From Octopus sinensis (lineage: Eukaryota): a stretch of 64,000 nucleotides of DNA. The stretch is taken from positions 1 through 64,000 of the forward strand of contig NW_021832855.1 in NCBI RefSeq assembly GCF_006345805.1, given 5' to 3'. Below, piece after piece: positions 1 to 11,799 of the stretch; within the stretch, counting starts at the first letter, position 1, and each line of letters begins with the position of its first letter. The translations under genes and the position numbers were made by a program. The notes below the pieces were generated by a model, which saw only the letters and a list, made by a program, of their open reading frames with translations, had not been told where the DNA came from and ran no database searches.

Positions 1-231
1 GAGCATAATTAATTTTTCTGTGTTGATATTGTGTGTAATTAATTTATTGTTAATAACGAGTATAGTTAACGTAGTTTAATGTTAATGAATGGATGACGTT
101 CTTTGTTTTTGTCTGATTCAATCTGTTACACAGGTGAGGAAATATTAAGGTATGGTTAGGAAAGGTCTGGGTCCAGTATGTTCTAGACACCTTCATCAAT
201 CTGGGGATCCCCATTAGCCTTATTGCAAAAT

Positions 232-670
232 AGGTGCAGGAGTGGCTGTGTGGTAAGTAGCTTGTTTACCAACCACATGGTTCCGGGTTCAGTCCCACTG
301 CGTGGCACCTTGGGCAAATGTCTTCTACTATAGCCTCGGGCCAACCCGGGCCTTGTGAGTGGATTTGGTAGACGGAAACTGAAAGAAGCCCGTCATACAT
401 ATGTATGTATATATATGTGTGTGTGTGTGTGTGTGTTGTGTGTGTGTGTGTGTGTGTTTGTGTGTCTGTGTTTGTCCCCCTAGCATTGCTTGACAACCGA
501 TGCTGGTGTGTTTATGTCCCCGTTATTTAGTGGTTCGGCAAAAGAGACCGATAGAAAAAGTACTGGGCTTACAAAAGAATAAGTCCCAGGGTCGAGTTGC
601 TCGACTAAAGGCGGTGCTCCAGCATGGCCACAGTCAAATGACTGAAACAAGTAAAAAGAGTAAAAAGAGT
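232..670 (+). mobile_element. SINE family A (tRNA-like head, central microsatellite, (GTAAAAGA)n tail), full length
   Basis: Head GGAGTGGCTGTGTGGTAAG...GGTTCAGTCCC (box A/B-like), (TA/TG)n centre and ACTGAAACAAGTAAAAAGAG tail; ~20 related copies in the window. Confidence 0.9.
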
Positions 671-829
671 ATAGGAAAGGCTTCAGGTGCATTCAACCAG
701 TCTTGTAAATTCTGGTAAAGCGAGGAGCTTTCTTTCTCCATAAACTAAAATGTGGTACTACAATATTTTTTTTCCATTTATGGCCAGGTTCCAACCTGGG
801 CCGCAGCAACAAAGTCCGCCGGCCACACT

Positions 830-1075
830 CTTCAGTTCAATATCACTGTCTTCAGGTCCTGGATACGTTCCAGGCCAATGTCTGTGATCAAGGTGTCGAT
901 GTAAGTATGATGCCATTTTCCTCTCCTTACATCACCATGAAGTGGGTTCCACAAGACTACTTTGGATGCAGCCCCTCCAGGGTGGTGCACACAGTGACCA
1001 GATGGTTGCAGTTGTCTTTGCCAAATCTTCTCATTAACTTTTGGCAGGTCTCCATAAAGGCATTTCTTTGACACA
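830..1075 (-). mobile_element. LINE ORF2 C-terminal relic
   Basis: LYGDLPKVNEKIWQRQLQPSGHCVHHP...VVLWNPLHG..RRG resembles the post-RT LINE motif. Paralogous to 1550-1800. Confidence 0.6.
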
Positions 1076-1284
1076 TGTTGCTGTAGAAATACAATGACTG
1101 TCCTTCAATTAATCTTAAAATTAACAAAGTGTTTAATAAAATAATTTATTATTAAGTTGGTGCTTCGAACATAAATAAACATGAAATTTTGATACAAGAT
1201 TTTGATTTCGGTGATTTTAAAACAGAAGGTTTGTATCATAAAACCAGGGGCAATTTTATTATTATTATGGCCAAGATTTTTAAA

Positions 1285-1515
1285 AGGCGGCAAGCTGGCA
1301 GACACGTTAGCGCGCCGGGCGAAATGCTTAGCGGTATTTCGTCTGCCGTTACGTTCTTAGTTCAAATTCTGCCGAGGTCGACTTTGCCTTTCATCCTTTC
1401 GGGGTCGATAAATTAAGTACCGGTTACGCACTGGGGTCGATGTAATCGACTTAATCCCTTTGTCTGTCCTTGTTTGTCTCCTCTATGTTAGCCCTTGTGG
1501 GCAATAAAGAAAAAA
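1285..1515 (+). mobile_element. SINE family B (tRNA-like head, Deu/Nin-like core), monomer
   Basis: Core GAGGTCGACTTTGCCTTTCATCCTTTCGGGGTCGATAAATTAAGTACC is repeated many times in the window; A-rich tail. Confidence 0.85.
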
Positions 1516-1549
1516 AATATATTATGGCCAAGTTCCAAATCAGGCCACA

Positions 1550-1800
1550 GCAATAAAGTTCACCCATCACACTTCTCGGTCTTACATCACTGCCTCAAGG
1601 TCTTGGATACATTCCAGGTCAGTGTCTGCAATCAAGTTGATGTGCGATGGCATTTTTCTCTTCTTACATCACCATGAAGTGGGTTCCACAAGACTAATTC
1701 GGATGCCCCAAGTTCAGGGTGGCACACACAATGACCAAATGGTCACAACTATTTTTACCTGATCTTCTTGCTAACTTTCTACTTTCCACTCCATCCTTCT
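1550..1800 (-). mobile_element. Second copy of the LINE C-terminal relic
   Basis: Shares CATCACCATGAAGTGGGTTCCACAAGACTA and flanking sequence with 830-1075. Confidence 0.6.
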
Positions 1801-1899
1801 TTATGGCTGTGAAATATGGCACCTGAGTAGTACTGGTATTTCAAAGGACCACCCTTGTCACATTCTGTGTCATGCTGAATCTTCCTAAGAAGAGAGATG

Positions 1900-2030
1900 G
1901 TACCTGAAAACCAACCAAGAAAAAAAACTGGAAGTTTTTGATTGCAGGTACCTCCAGAAAATACAAGGCACCAAATGGAATGATTTTATCTGCATTGATG
2001 AGGTCTTCACAGAGAAAACTGTCCCTGCTC
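1900..2030 (+). mobile_element. RTE-type LINE fragment
   Basis: Plus frame KKLEVFDCRYLQKIQGTKWNDFICIDEVF matches the RTE motif kLevF..rcLRrIlgi.W.d.i.n.eVl. Confidence 0.55.
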
Positions 2031-2468
2031 CTACTGCAGATGACACACACTCAGCATTACAAACATGGTCCACACACCCACTTTCACATTCCATGACTAC
2101 CATTGGGATTGATCAAGTGCCAGGCAAGGATCTGGATTATTTTTCCGTCTTTTTTACTTAATTTTTAAGAGCAGTTGGGTTCATTTTTAGTATTTTCGTT
2201 TGTGAGAGCAGTCAAGTTTATTTCAGATATTCTCATTTTAAAAATCATCTCTGGCTAATCATTGAGAGGATGTCGCCATCTCAGAGTAACAACTTGTTTG
2301 TTTGAGTCTCGTCAGTTTTTGACCATGTCTATGTTGTGGGGTACATTCTTCACCTGGGAAGGATTTGGCATTTATAAGCAGCCATCTTTCCCTTTTCCTG
2401 GCAAGGATGTAGTCAATTTGGCTAATACATACATATATATATACACACATGCTAGGTAACATGCTAGT

Positions 2469-2507
<39 letters not shown>

Positions 2508-2518
2508 CATACATATAT

Positions 2519-5509
2519 GGCTGATTATAAATGCCAAAACCTTCCCGGGCGAAGAATGTACTCCCCAACATAGATTAGTAGTTAGTGACTTCAGGATCAG
2601 AAGAAGACCAGCTTGGAGGAGAAGGGTCTGGAAGCTTAAAGATCCTGCAAATGGACAGAGATTTAGAGACATACTACTCGAAGCCTCTGACGAAATAGAA
2701 GGGGATATAGCTTCACTTAATGTGAAAGACAACTGGAGATTCCTACGGGACAATCTACTGACAGTCACTGACCAGATCTGTGGATGGAGCAAAGTACCAT
2801 CTCGACCCAGAGTAACATGGTGGTGGAACACTGTGGTTGACAGGGCTATTAGACAAAAGAGACAGGCTTGGAAGGACTGGAAGAACGGTGGTAGCAGGGA
2901 ATTGTATCAGACAGCCAAAAGGGAAGCTAGGAGAGCTAGGGAAGCTAGGTTTATTTAGCCAAAGGGGAAGCGGATAAGAAAAATTTGCCAATGTTCTGAG
3001 CCGTGAGGATGAAAGACTTGAGGTATTTCGTGTTGCAAGACAGTGTGTGAGAGAGAATCGTGATGTGGTAGGAGAGAAGTGTGTTCGCATGGATGATGGT
3101 TCACTTGCGCTAAATGAGGATGCAAAGAGAGAGGTTTGGAGATGCCACTATGAAAGGTTGCTGAATAAAGAAAATGAATGGGATAAAGAGAGTCTGCCGA
3201 ATGTTGACCCAACAGAGGGACCAGCTATCCGAGTTGATAGTTCCGTGGTAGCTAAGGCAATTAGAAGCATGAAGACAGGGAAAGCCCCAGGCCCATCAGG
3301 AATTACTGCAGAGATGCTCAAAATATCTGGCAGTGTCGGCTATAACCTAGTCACCCGTATAGTCAACCAGGTGATACACAAAGGAGTCATACCCAATGAC
3401 TGGTGTAGCAGCATACTAGTCAACTGCTACAAAGGTAAAGGTGATGCCCTAGATACAAATAATTACAGAGGTATCAAGCTGTTGGATCAGGTAATGAAGG
3501 TTACGGAGAGGGTCATAGCCCAACTAATTAGAGAGAGAGTTAGTTTAGATGAGATGCAGTTTGGGTTTGTCCAGGGAAAAGCACCACTGATGCTATATTC
3601 CTGGTAAGGCAGCTGCAGGAGAAATACCTAGCCAAAGATAAGCCCCTGTACCGGCTTTCGTTGACATGGAGAAAGCCTTTGATAGGGTCCCCCGATCCCT
3701 CATCTGGTGGTCAATGAGGAAACTAGGGATAGATGAATGGCTGGTGAGGGATGTGCAAGCCATGTACAGAGATGCCGTAAGTAAGGTTAGAGTTGGCAAC
3801 ATGTACACAGAAGAATTCAAAGTAGAGGTTGGGGTCCACCAGGGTTCAGTACTCAGCCCCCTCCTATTTATCATAGTCCTCCAGGCAATGTGGAGGAATT
3901 CAAGACAGGTTGCCCCTGGGAGCTCCTCTATGCTGACGACCTCGCTCTAATTGCTGAGTCACTATCAGAACTGGAGGAGAAGTTCCAGGTGTGGAAGGAG
4001 GGTTTAGAATCGAGGGGCCTTAGAGTCAACCTAGCTAAAACCAAAGTACTAATAAGTAGAAAGGTAGACAATCCACAAATATCCTCAGGAATGTGGCCCT
4101 GCTCGATCTGTAGAAAAGGTGTAGGTAGAAACTCTATAAGATGTACCCAGTGTAAGCTATGGACACATAAGAGGTGCAGCAATGTCAAAGGTAGGCTAAC
4201 TGGGATGATAGTTTTTGTATGTGGCAGATGCTCTGGAGCATTGACCTCCGAAAATCTGCAGAAAACAACTTCCGTCACTTTCCGGGGGGAAAAACTAGAA
4301 GTAGTTGATAGCTTCCGTTATCTAGGTGACCAAGTCAGTAGTGGGGGGGGGGCGCGCTGAAAGTGTAACTGCCAGAATAAGAATAGCCTGGGCAAAGTTT
4401 AGGGAGCTCTTACCTCTGCTGGTGACTAAAGGCCTCTCGCTCAGAGTAAAAGGCAGACTGTATGATGCATGTGTATGAACAGCTATGCTACATGGCAGTG
4501 AAACATGGGCCGTGACTGCTGAGGACATGCGTAAGCTCGTGAGGAACGAAGCCAGTATGCTCCGATGGATGTGTAATGTCAGTGTACTTACTCGACAGAG
4601 CGTTAGTACCTTGAGAGAAATGTTGTACCTAAGAAGCATCAGTTGTGGTGTGCAAGAGAGACGATTGCGCTGGTATGGTCATGTGGCGAGAATGGATGAA
4701 GATAGGTGTGTGAGAAAGTGCCAATCCCTAGCAGTTGAGGGAACCGTGGAAGAGGTATAGACCAGGAAAACCTGGGACGAGGTGGTGAAGCACGACCTTC
4801 GGACGTTAGGTCTCACTATGGAAATGACTAGAGACCGAGACCTATGGAAGTATGCTGTGCGTGAGAAGACCCGGCAAGACAGTGAAGCCATAATCTGTGG
4901 CCCCTACCTGGGACGTAGTCAGTCCACCTGTGCATACCTTCCTTCTTGTGACACTTGTGAAGACCTGTTGAGGCAAGTGAGAATCAAATCAAATCAAATC
5001 AAATCAAATCGAACCAATTCAAAATAGATGAACATCAATGGAATTTGTATCCTTGTGGTACCAGTGCCGGTGGTACATAAGAAAACCATCCGAACGTGAC
5101 CGTAGCCAGTACCGCAACGACTGGCCTCCGTGCTGAGGGCACGTAACAAACACCATCCGAGCGTGGCCGTCCGCCAGCCTCGTCTGGCGCCTGTGTCGGT
5201 GACACATAAGAAAACACCATCCGAGCGTGGCCGTCAGCCAGCCTCGTCTGGCACCTGTGTTGGTGGCACATAAAAAACACCATCCGAGCGTGGCCGTCTG
5301 CCAGCCTCGTCTGGCACCTGCGTCGGTGGCACATAAAATCACCCACTACACTCTCGGAGTGGTTGGCGTTAGGAAGGGCATCCAGCTGTAGAAACACTGC
5401 CAGATCTGACTGGCCTGGTGCAGCCTTCGGGCTTGCCAGACCCCAGTTGAACCGTCCAACCCATGCTAGCATGGAAAGCGGACGTTAAACGATGATGATG
5501 ATGATGATG

Positions 5510-5510
<1 letters not shown>
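2519..5510 (+). mobile_element. 5'-truncated RTE-like LINE (end of AP endonuclease, RT, internal PHD-type finger, 3' UTR, (GAT)n tail), frameshifted
   Basis: PGEECTPQHRLVVSDF, KAPGPSGITAEMLK, NYRGIKLL, EMQFGF, DMEKAFDRVPR, GVHQGSVLSPLLF, YADD (3929-3940), FRYLGD, LHGSETW and RLRWYGHVARM across shifting frames. 3' UTR has ~60-bp repeats and ends GGACGTTAAAC(GAT)n. Confidence 0.95.
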
Positions 5511-5543
<33 letters not shown>

Positions 5544-5650
5544 ATATATATACATATATATATATATACACATATACTAGCATGTTACCTAGCATGTGTG
5601 TATATATATATATATATATGTATGTATATATATAAACCAGCTTAGTGTAA

Positions 5651-5937
5651 TAGTGTAATAAATAAAATATATGCATACATACAAACATATATGATGTACG
5701 TACCTACATCTACATGTATATATACATGCATATATAAATATATATACGTGTGTACAGGACACCACAAATGGTCCGTTCCATGCTGTTTTTACGTTTTCGT
5801 TTCTCGTTGAGTTCTACGTCTATTTGTGGTGTCCTGTACACACGTATATATATTTATATATGCATGTATATATACATGTAGATGTAGGTACGTACATATA
5901 TGTTTGTATGTATGCATATATTTTATTTATTACACTA
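5651..5937. mobile_element. Fold-back (hairpin) element in a (TA)n tract
   Basis: Arms 5651-5769 and 5822-5937 are near-perfect reverse complements around a 52-nt loop. Confidence 0.8.
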
Positions 5938-6269
5938 TATATATATATATATATATATACATACACACATATACTAGCATGTTACCTATCATATGGCAGG
6001 TAATGTTGGAAGTACACTTTGCCACCATTGGTTGTTAATATTATGAAATATGGCAAACATATTTCTTAATAATAATTCAACTTTAATCAAATTTCTTGGT
6101 GTTTATACAAAACGATGAAACGAATACTAATTTGTGGAGGAAAAAAATTTATTGCCTTCAAGAAAAATTGAATAAAACAAATTTATTTGTGTATTTGATG
6201 CTGAATCATCAAAAACTGCTCCATCAAAAACCTATCACTGGAGAAATTTTGTTAGAAAATGTGTTGCAC

Positions 6270-6725
6270 TCTCTTGTACTCTCTCTTGTACTCTCTCTCT
6301 CTCTCTCTTCTCTATCTCTCTCTCTCTTTCTCTCTCTTTCTTTCTTCCTCTCTTTCTCTCTCTTTCTCTCTTTGTCTTTCTTTCTCTTTCTCTCTCTCTC
6401 TCTCTCTCTTTTTCTTTCTGTTTCGCTTTCTTGCTCTCTTTCTCTTTCTTTCTTTCTCTCTCTCTTTTTCTCTTTCTCTCTCTTTCTTTATCTCTCTCTC
6501 TCTTTCTCTTTCTTTCTCTCTCTCTTTCTTTCTTCCTGTCTTTCTCTCTCTCTCTCTCTTTTCTCTTTCTGTTTCTCTTTCTCGCTCTCTGTCTCTGTCT
6601 TTCTCTCTCTCCCTTCCTCCGTCTTTATCTCTCTCTCTTTCTCTTTCTCTTTCTTTCTTTCTCTCTCTCTTCCCCCCCTCTCTCACACACACACACACAC
6701 ACTCTCCAGCTCTCTCTTTTTCTCT
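6270..6725. repeat. (CT)n/(CTTT)n microsatellite
   Basis: Seen directly; source of the ER- and SL-rich false ORFs. Confidence 0.97.
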
Positions 6726-7015
6726 TGTTATACAATGTAAAGTGCAACTGAAGCAATCAACTAATCAACATTACCAAAAATCCAAATTATAGGCAGGGAA
6801 CTGGCAGAATCTTTAATGAGCTGAGAAAAATACGTAGCAACATCTTTACATTCTGAGTTCAAATTCCACCGAGGTCATCTTTGCCTTTCATCCTTTCAAG
6901 GCTTATAAAATAAGTACCAGTTGAACACTGGGACCGATGTAATTGACTTAGACCCTCCCAGAAATTGTTGACCTTGTGTCAAAATTTTAAATCAATATTA
7001 AATACAGATTACAAG

Positions 7016-7270
7016 CAGGTGCAGGAGTGGCTGTGTGGTAAGTAGTGTCTTCTACTATAGCCTCGGGCTGACCAAAGCCTTGTGAGTGGATTTGGTAGAC
7101 GGAAACTGAAAGAAGCCTATCATATTTATGTATATATATGTATATATATGTGTGTGCATATGTTTGTGTGTCTGTGTTTGTCCCCCTAGCCTTGCTTGAC
7201 AACCGATGCTGGTGTGTTTATGTCCCCGTCACTTAGCAGTTTGGCAAAAGAGACCGATAAAATAAGTACC
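7016..7270 (+). mobile_element. SINE A, internally deleted and 3'-truncated
   Basis: Same head and centre as 232-670. Confidence 0.85.
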
Positions 7271-7350
7271 AGTTATTCACTGGGACCAATGTAATTGACT
7301 AGTCACCTCCCACCAAATTTCAGGCTTTGTATCTATTGTAGAAAGGATTA

Positions 7351-7818
7351 TTAACCCTTTCGTTACTGTATTTATTTGGAGATGCTCTACGTTTCTTTCA
7401 ATTGATTTTAAATATAAGAAAGAATTTAGTAAAATAACTTAGTTATCGTTAAGCAAGTGTTAGGAACATAAATTGTGACCAAGGTTTGATGGAAGATTTT
7501 AATTCAGAACTTATGAAAACAAGACATTTGTACCACAGAGCCAAAAGCAGTTTCAAGCAGGTTGGTATTGAAAGGGTTAAGAATTGTTTCTCTATTATAT
7601 ATTTTAACCCTTTTGTTGAGATGCTCTGTGTTTCTTTCAATTACTTTAAATATAACAAAGAATTTAGTAAAATATCTTAGTTATCATTCAGCTAGTGTTA
7701 GGAACATAAATTGTGACTAAGGTTTGGTGGAAGATTTTAATTCAAAACTTATGAAAGCAAGACATTTGTACTACAGAGCCAGAGGTGGTTTCAGCCAGGT
7801 TAGTAATGAAAGGGTTAA
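7351..7818. mobile_element. Two adjacent TTAA-flanked MITEs (piggyBac-like ends)
   Basis: TTAA|CCCTTT...AAAGGG|TTAA at 7351-7580 and 7604-7818, with homologous interiors. Confidence 0.85.
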
Positions 7819-8548
7819 ACACAGATTCAGTTGTTAGTCATCATATGATGGGTAAAATTGTAAGCATCCTCTTGCCATCATGGGTAATGTGAGGAAATAT
7901 GATAAACATACAATAATTACATTTTAATGTTTATCAAATTTCTAGCTGATACAAAACGATGAAATGAATGCTAATTTAAAAAAGAAAAATATTACCTAAA
8001 AATAGAATTAAATAAAACCAATTTCTCGTTTGTATTTTTGCAATAAATGGGTTTTTTTTTTTATTTTATCAACATAATATCATAAATCTACACATTTTTA
8101 AAATGTGTAGTTTTTTAATGTTAACTTTCTCTCTGCATCTCTCTTTTACTTTCTCCCCCCCCCCCCAGCACTCTATACAATGACTGACATAATCAAGGAA
8201 TGAACCCACCAACATTTATACTAGCTATTATTAAATAGGGAGTATATATATATGTGTAAATATATTTTATATATTAATGGAATTTCTGTCTTTCTGTCTG
8301 TTACCATCTTACTGCCTACACCAGTAAACCCATCTTCATGAAAATTTGCATACATGTTGAACTAACATCCAGTTCAATTATAGGTTAACTGAATCTCAAT
8401 AAAAATCTATAATGGGCCCCCTAGAGGGATGGCCTATTATGTGATAAAATGAGAAGGGTGCAAGCGTGTTAGTGCAGAGAAAATATAGAGGCATAGTGAG
8501 TGTGACTGATATCAGAGAATGGGAGAACAGCGTTGTGTAAGCAACAAA

Positions 8549-8838
8549 TATGGCGTGGCAGTGAGATGGTAACGTTAACACAGCTGCCATATACAAGCGA
8601 TGCTGCATACATACATTCGCAAATACATGGATACATGCATGCATACATACTCACACACACACATGCACATAAGTAACTTTAAAAAATGCTGAGGAAGGGA
8701 AAGCAAAGTGGGTGTGAGGAATACGTAGCTTCAAAAAGAGAGTGAGTAGGTGGCTTTTCTGCTATCCATCGCAAAGAAACACTCACACTCACACACACAC
8801 ACACAACACACACACACACACACACATACTTACATACG

Positions 8839-8869
<31 letters not shown>

Positions 8870-9404
8870 CATACATAAATATATACATACATACATACAA
8901 AGATACATGTTGACACATACATACATAAATACATACGTTGACACACGTAAACACATACATACATACATACATAAACGTTCGAAGCGACATGCCGTATATT
9001 TGGCATGGGAGACTATTTATTGAAACTACGATATATGCTATCTCCACCTTTGCAGCCACACCTATCATCAGCCTTGCTAAATAACTGGTTAATCTTCAGA
9101 TGAATTGACTGAGGGAGCCTTTTATCCACGATCGTAGTGATTTGAGGCTGAAACTTTAATACTTCATACAGACTCATCCTTTCATCAGATGATATGTTGC
9201 AGTAGAGTTGTGCAACTTCTTCGGGCACAGGTTATTAGACAAAGACAGTTGCTCAAAGAACTACCTTCCAAGTCTTATGATGTTATCAGCTTCATATATG
9301 CAAACTTGGTCAAGGAATGCACTTCGACGCTTGGTCGTTAAAAGTTGTTGCCGAAGGGATATGATGCGACATTTAAAGACGTTTTGGAACGATGTTAAGT
9401 CTCA

Positions 9405-9445
<41 letters not shown>

Positions 9446-9896
9446 CGGGGAGGTTTACGAAAATAAACAAAAGACGAAGGCAGGTGGAGTACAAACAAAC
9501 AAATGTATTAGTATGGCGCTCAGGAATAGAAATAGAACAAGTCTTTTACGTTTTCTGCTACCCATCGCAAAGAAACACTCACACACAGATACACACACAC
9601 ACATGCATACAATCATACATACATACATACATACATACATACATACATACATACATACATACATACATACATACATACATACATACATGCATGCATATAT
9701 AACAAACATTCGAAGCGACAAGCCACGTATTCCTCACACCCACTTTACTTTCCCTTCCTCAGTATTTTAAAAGTTACTTATGTGCATGTGTGTGTGTGAA
9801 TATATATGCATGCATGTATCTATGTATTTGTGAATGTATGTGTGCAGCATCGCTTGTATATGGCAGCTGTATTAATGTTATCATCTCACTGCCACT

Positions 9897-9902
<6 letters not shown>
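8549..9902. repeat. Composite block with ~180-bp inverted arms and an internal direct duplication
   Basis: 8549-8731 is the reverse complement of 9720-9902; 8752-8995 is repeated directly at 9550-9720. Confidence 0.75.
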
Positions 9903-9940
<38 letters not shown>

Positions 9941-10538
9941 CGTTTTTGGATTTATTTTGCAAGATTCTCTTTATGAGATCGTGTGTTGAAGCATATTCTG
10001 TTGTGTCTGGTGAGAGTCATTTTCTTTTTGTGGCTTATAATTTAACACACTCACCGTAAAATTTCCACTTAATTCTTATTTTTATTTTCCTAAAATTTTC
10101 CTTGCCTCTTGCAACCTTTCCAATATACACACACATATACAGTAGCGAACTAGGTCTAAAAATATTGGTTGACCAGGAGACTAAGGAGGCCCACCCGCAA
10201 CTACAATGCTATCATTTAATTCTTTTTACTTTTTTTTTTTTTTGTTAAAAGTATTCTTACTAACTGTCTACAAACACAGCCAGGCTGAAATAATGTATTT
10301 TTCTAGGAGTGAATAAAAAATTCTCAAACTTTAGGGGATGAGCCCTTTAGATTCTAAGAGTGCACACACACACACACATATACTGTCCGATGATGACTTG
10401 GCTGGTGGAAACTTCGAACTCATTGACAGTATTATTCTTGTTAAAGAATAGTAATTTTGTATAGTACCAAAAGTATTGAGTAATCTTCTAGTTTACCGTA
10501 AAATTATTTTTGATTCTAACATAAAAATAAACATTAAT

Positions 10539-10608
<70 letters not shown>

Positions 10609-10617
10609 TATATATAT

Positions 10618-10790
10618 AGGGAGAGTTTACAGAAAAAAAATAAAAAAAGACGAAGACAGGTGGTGTACAAAACAAACAGATGTATTAGTATAACGCTCAG
10701 GAATTGAAAAAGTCTTTTACGTTTCGAGCCTACACTCTTCTACAGAAAGATACACAAAAAAACAAGGAGAGAAAAAAAATATATATATAT
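10618..10790 (-). mobile_element. (TA)n-embedded repeat, possibly derived from a Penelope-like pseudo-LTR
   Basis: Related copies at 9437-9552 and 22270-22370. The minus strand carries CTGTAGA-AGAGTGTAGGCTC-GAAACGT. Confidence 0.55.
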
Positions 10791-11002
10791 ATACAAGGAG
10801 AGAAATATATATATATATATATGGCTTCTTGACTTCATGCGCTTGCTTGATGAGGCTGGGTTCATCCCAAGTTAGTGGTCCCAGAGACGTCGTCATGCAA
10901 AGAACTGATCAGGTCCACCGGTGCTCTCTATCGCTGGTGGTCCCGTACCAGCCCCTCAGCATGCTCCAAGGTGACGTCGAGCCTTAGGAGATCTCATAAT
11001 TA

Positions 11003-11057
<55 letters not shown>

Positions 11058-11255
11058 TGTGTGTGCATGTATATGTGTGTGTGTGTGTATTTATGTATAC
11101 GATAAGCTTCCACACTATGTCAACAAAATCCACTCACAAGTTATTGGTCAGCCCAGAGTTAAAGTAGAAGACACTTGTCCAAGGCGCTGGACAGTGGGAC
11201 TGAACCTGTAACCACAGGGCTACAAAGCAAGCTTCTTAACCACACAGCCACATCT

Positions 11256-11616
11256 CTCTTTTACTTGTTTCAGTCATTTGACTGTGGCCATGCTGGAGCA
11301 CCGCCTTTAGTCGAGCAACTCGACCCCGGGACTTATTCTACGTAATCCCATAGAACTGCTAAGTGACGGGGACATAAACACACCAGCATCGGTTGTCAAG
11401 CAATGCTAGGGGGACAAACACACACATACATATATATATATATACATATATACGACAGGCTTCTTTCAGTTTCCGTCTACCAAATCCACTCACAAGGCAT
11501 TGGTCGGCCTGGGGCTATAGCAGAAGACACTTGCCCAAGATGACACGCAGTGGGACTGAACCCGGAACCATGTGGTTGGTTAGCAAGCTACTTACCACAC
11601 AGCCACTCCTGCGCCT
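11256..11616 (-). mobile_element. SINE A with internal deletion (older partial copy at 11095-11250)
   Basis: Reverse complement of the family A head and tail. Confidence 0.88.
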
Positions 11617-11799
11617 ATACATCTGCATGTATTAGTAACAAATGTTCACTGAATAACCTTTTACTATTTTTTTTAATTCGATTTCCCCAACGTATTCAAC
11701 CAAACATAATTTAGTTTCCTCTTTCACACAATCGAATTTATTTTTATTTCTGCTTAATGGAATTCAATTTAAACAGTTGTTTGCTTGATTTTTTTCTAA

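Noticed and set aside
266-718. Recurrent small ORFs MSSNARGTNT..., MLGGQTQTH... and MLAWVGRF...
   Set aside because: These are chance frames in SINE A and family E copies, not a gene family.
6096-6792. Long ORFs rich in S/L/F or E/R/K
   Set aside because: They translate a (CT)n microsatellite. The same applies to ORFs over (TA)n, (ACAT)n, (GAT)n, (CAT)n and (GGA)n tracts elsewhere.
9013-9228. ORF MPEEVAQLYCNISSDER... inside the inverted block
   Set aside because: No recognisable domain or splice context.
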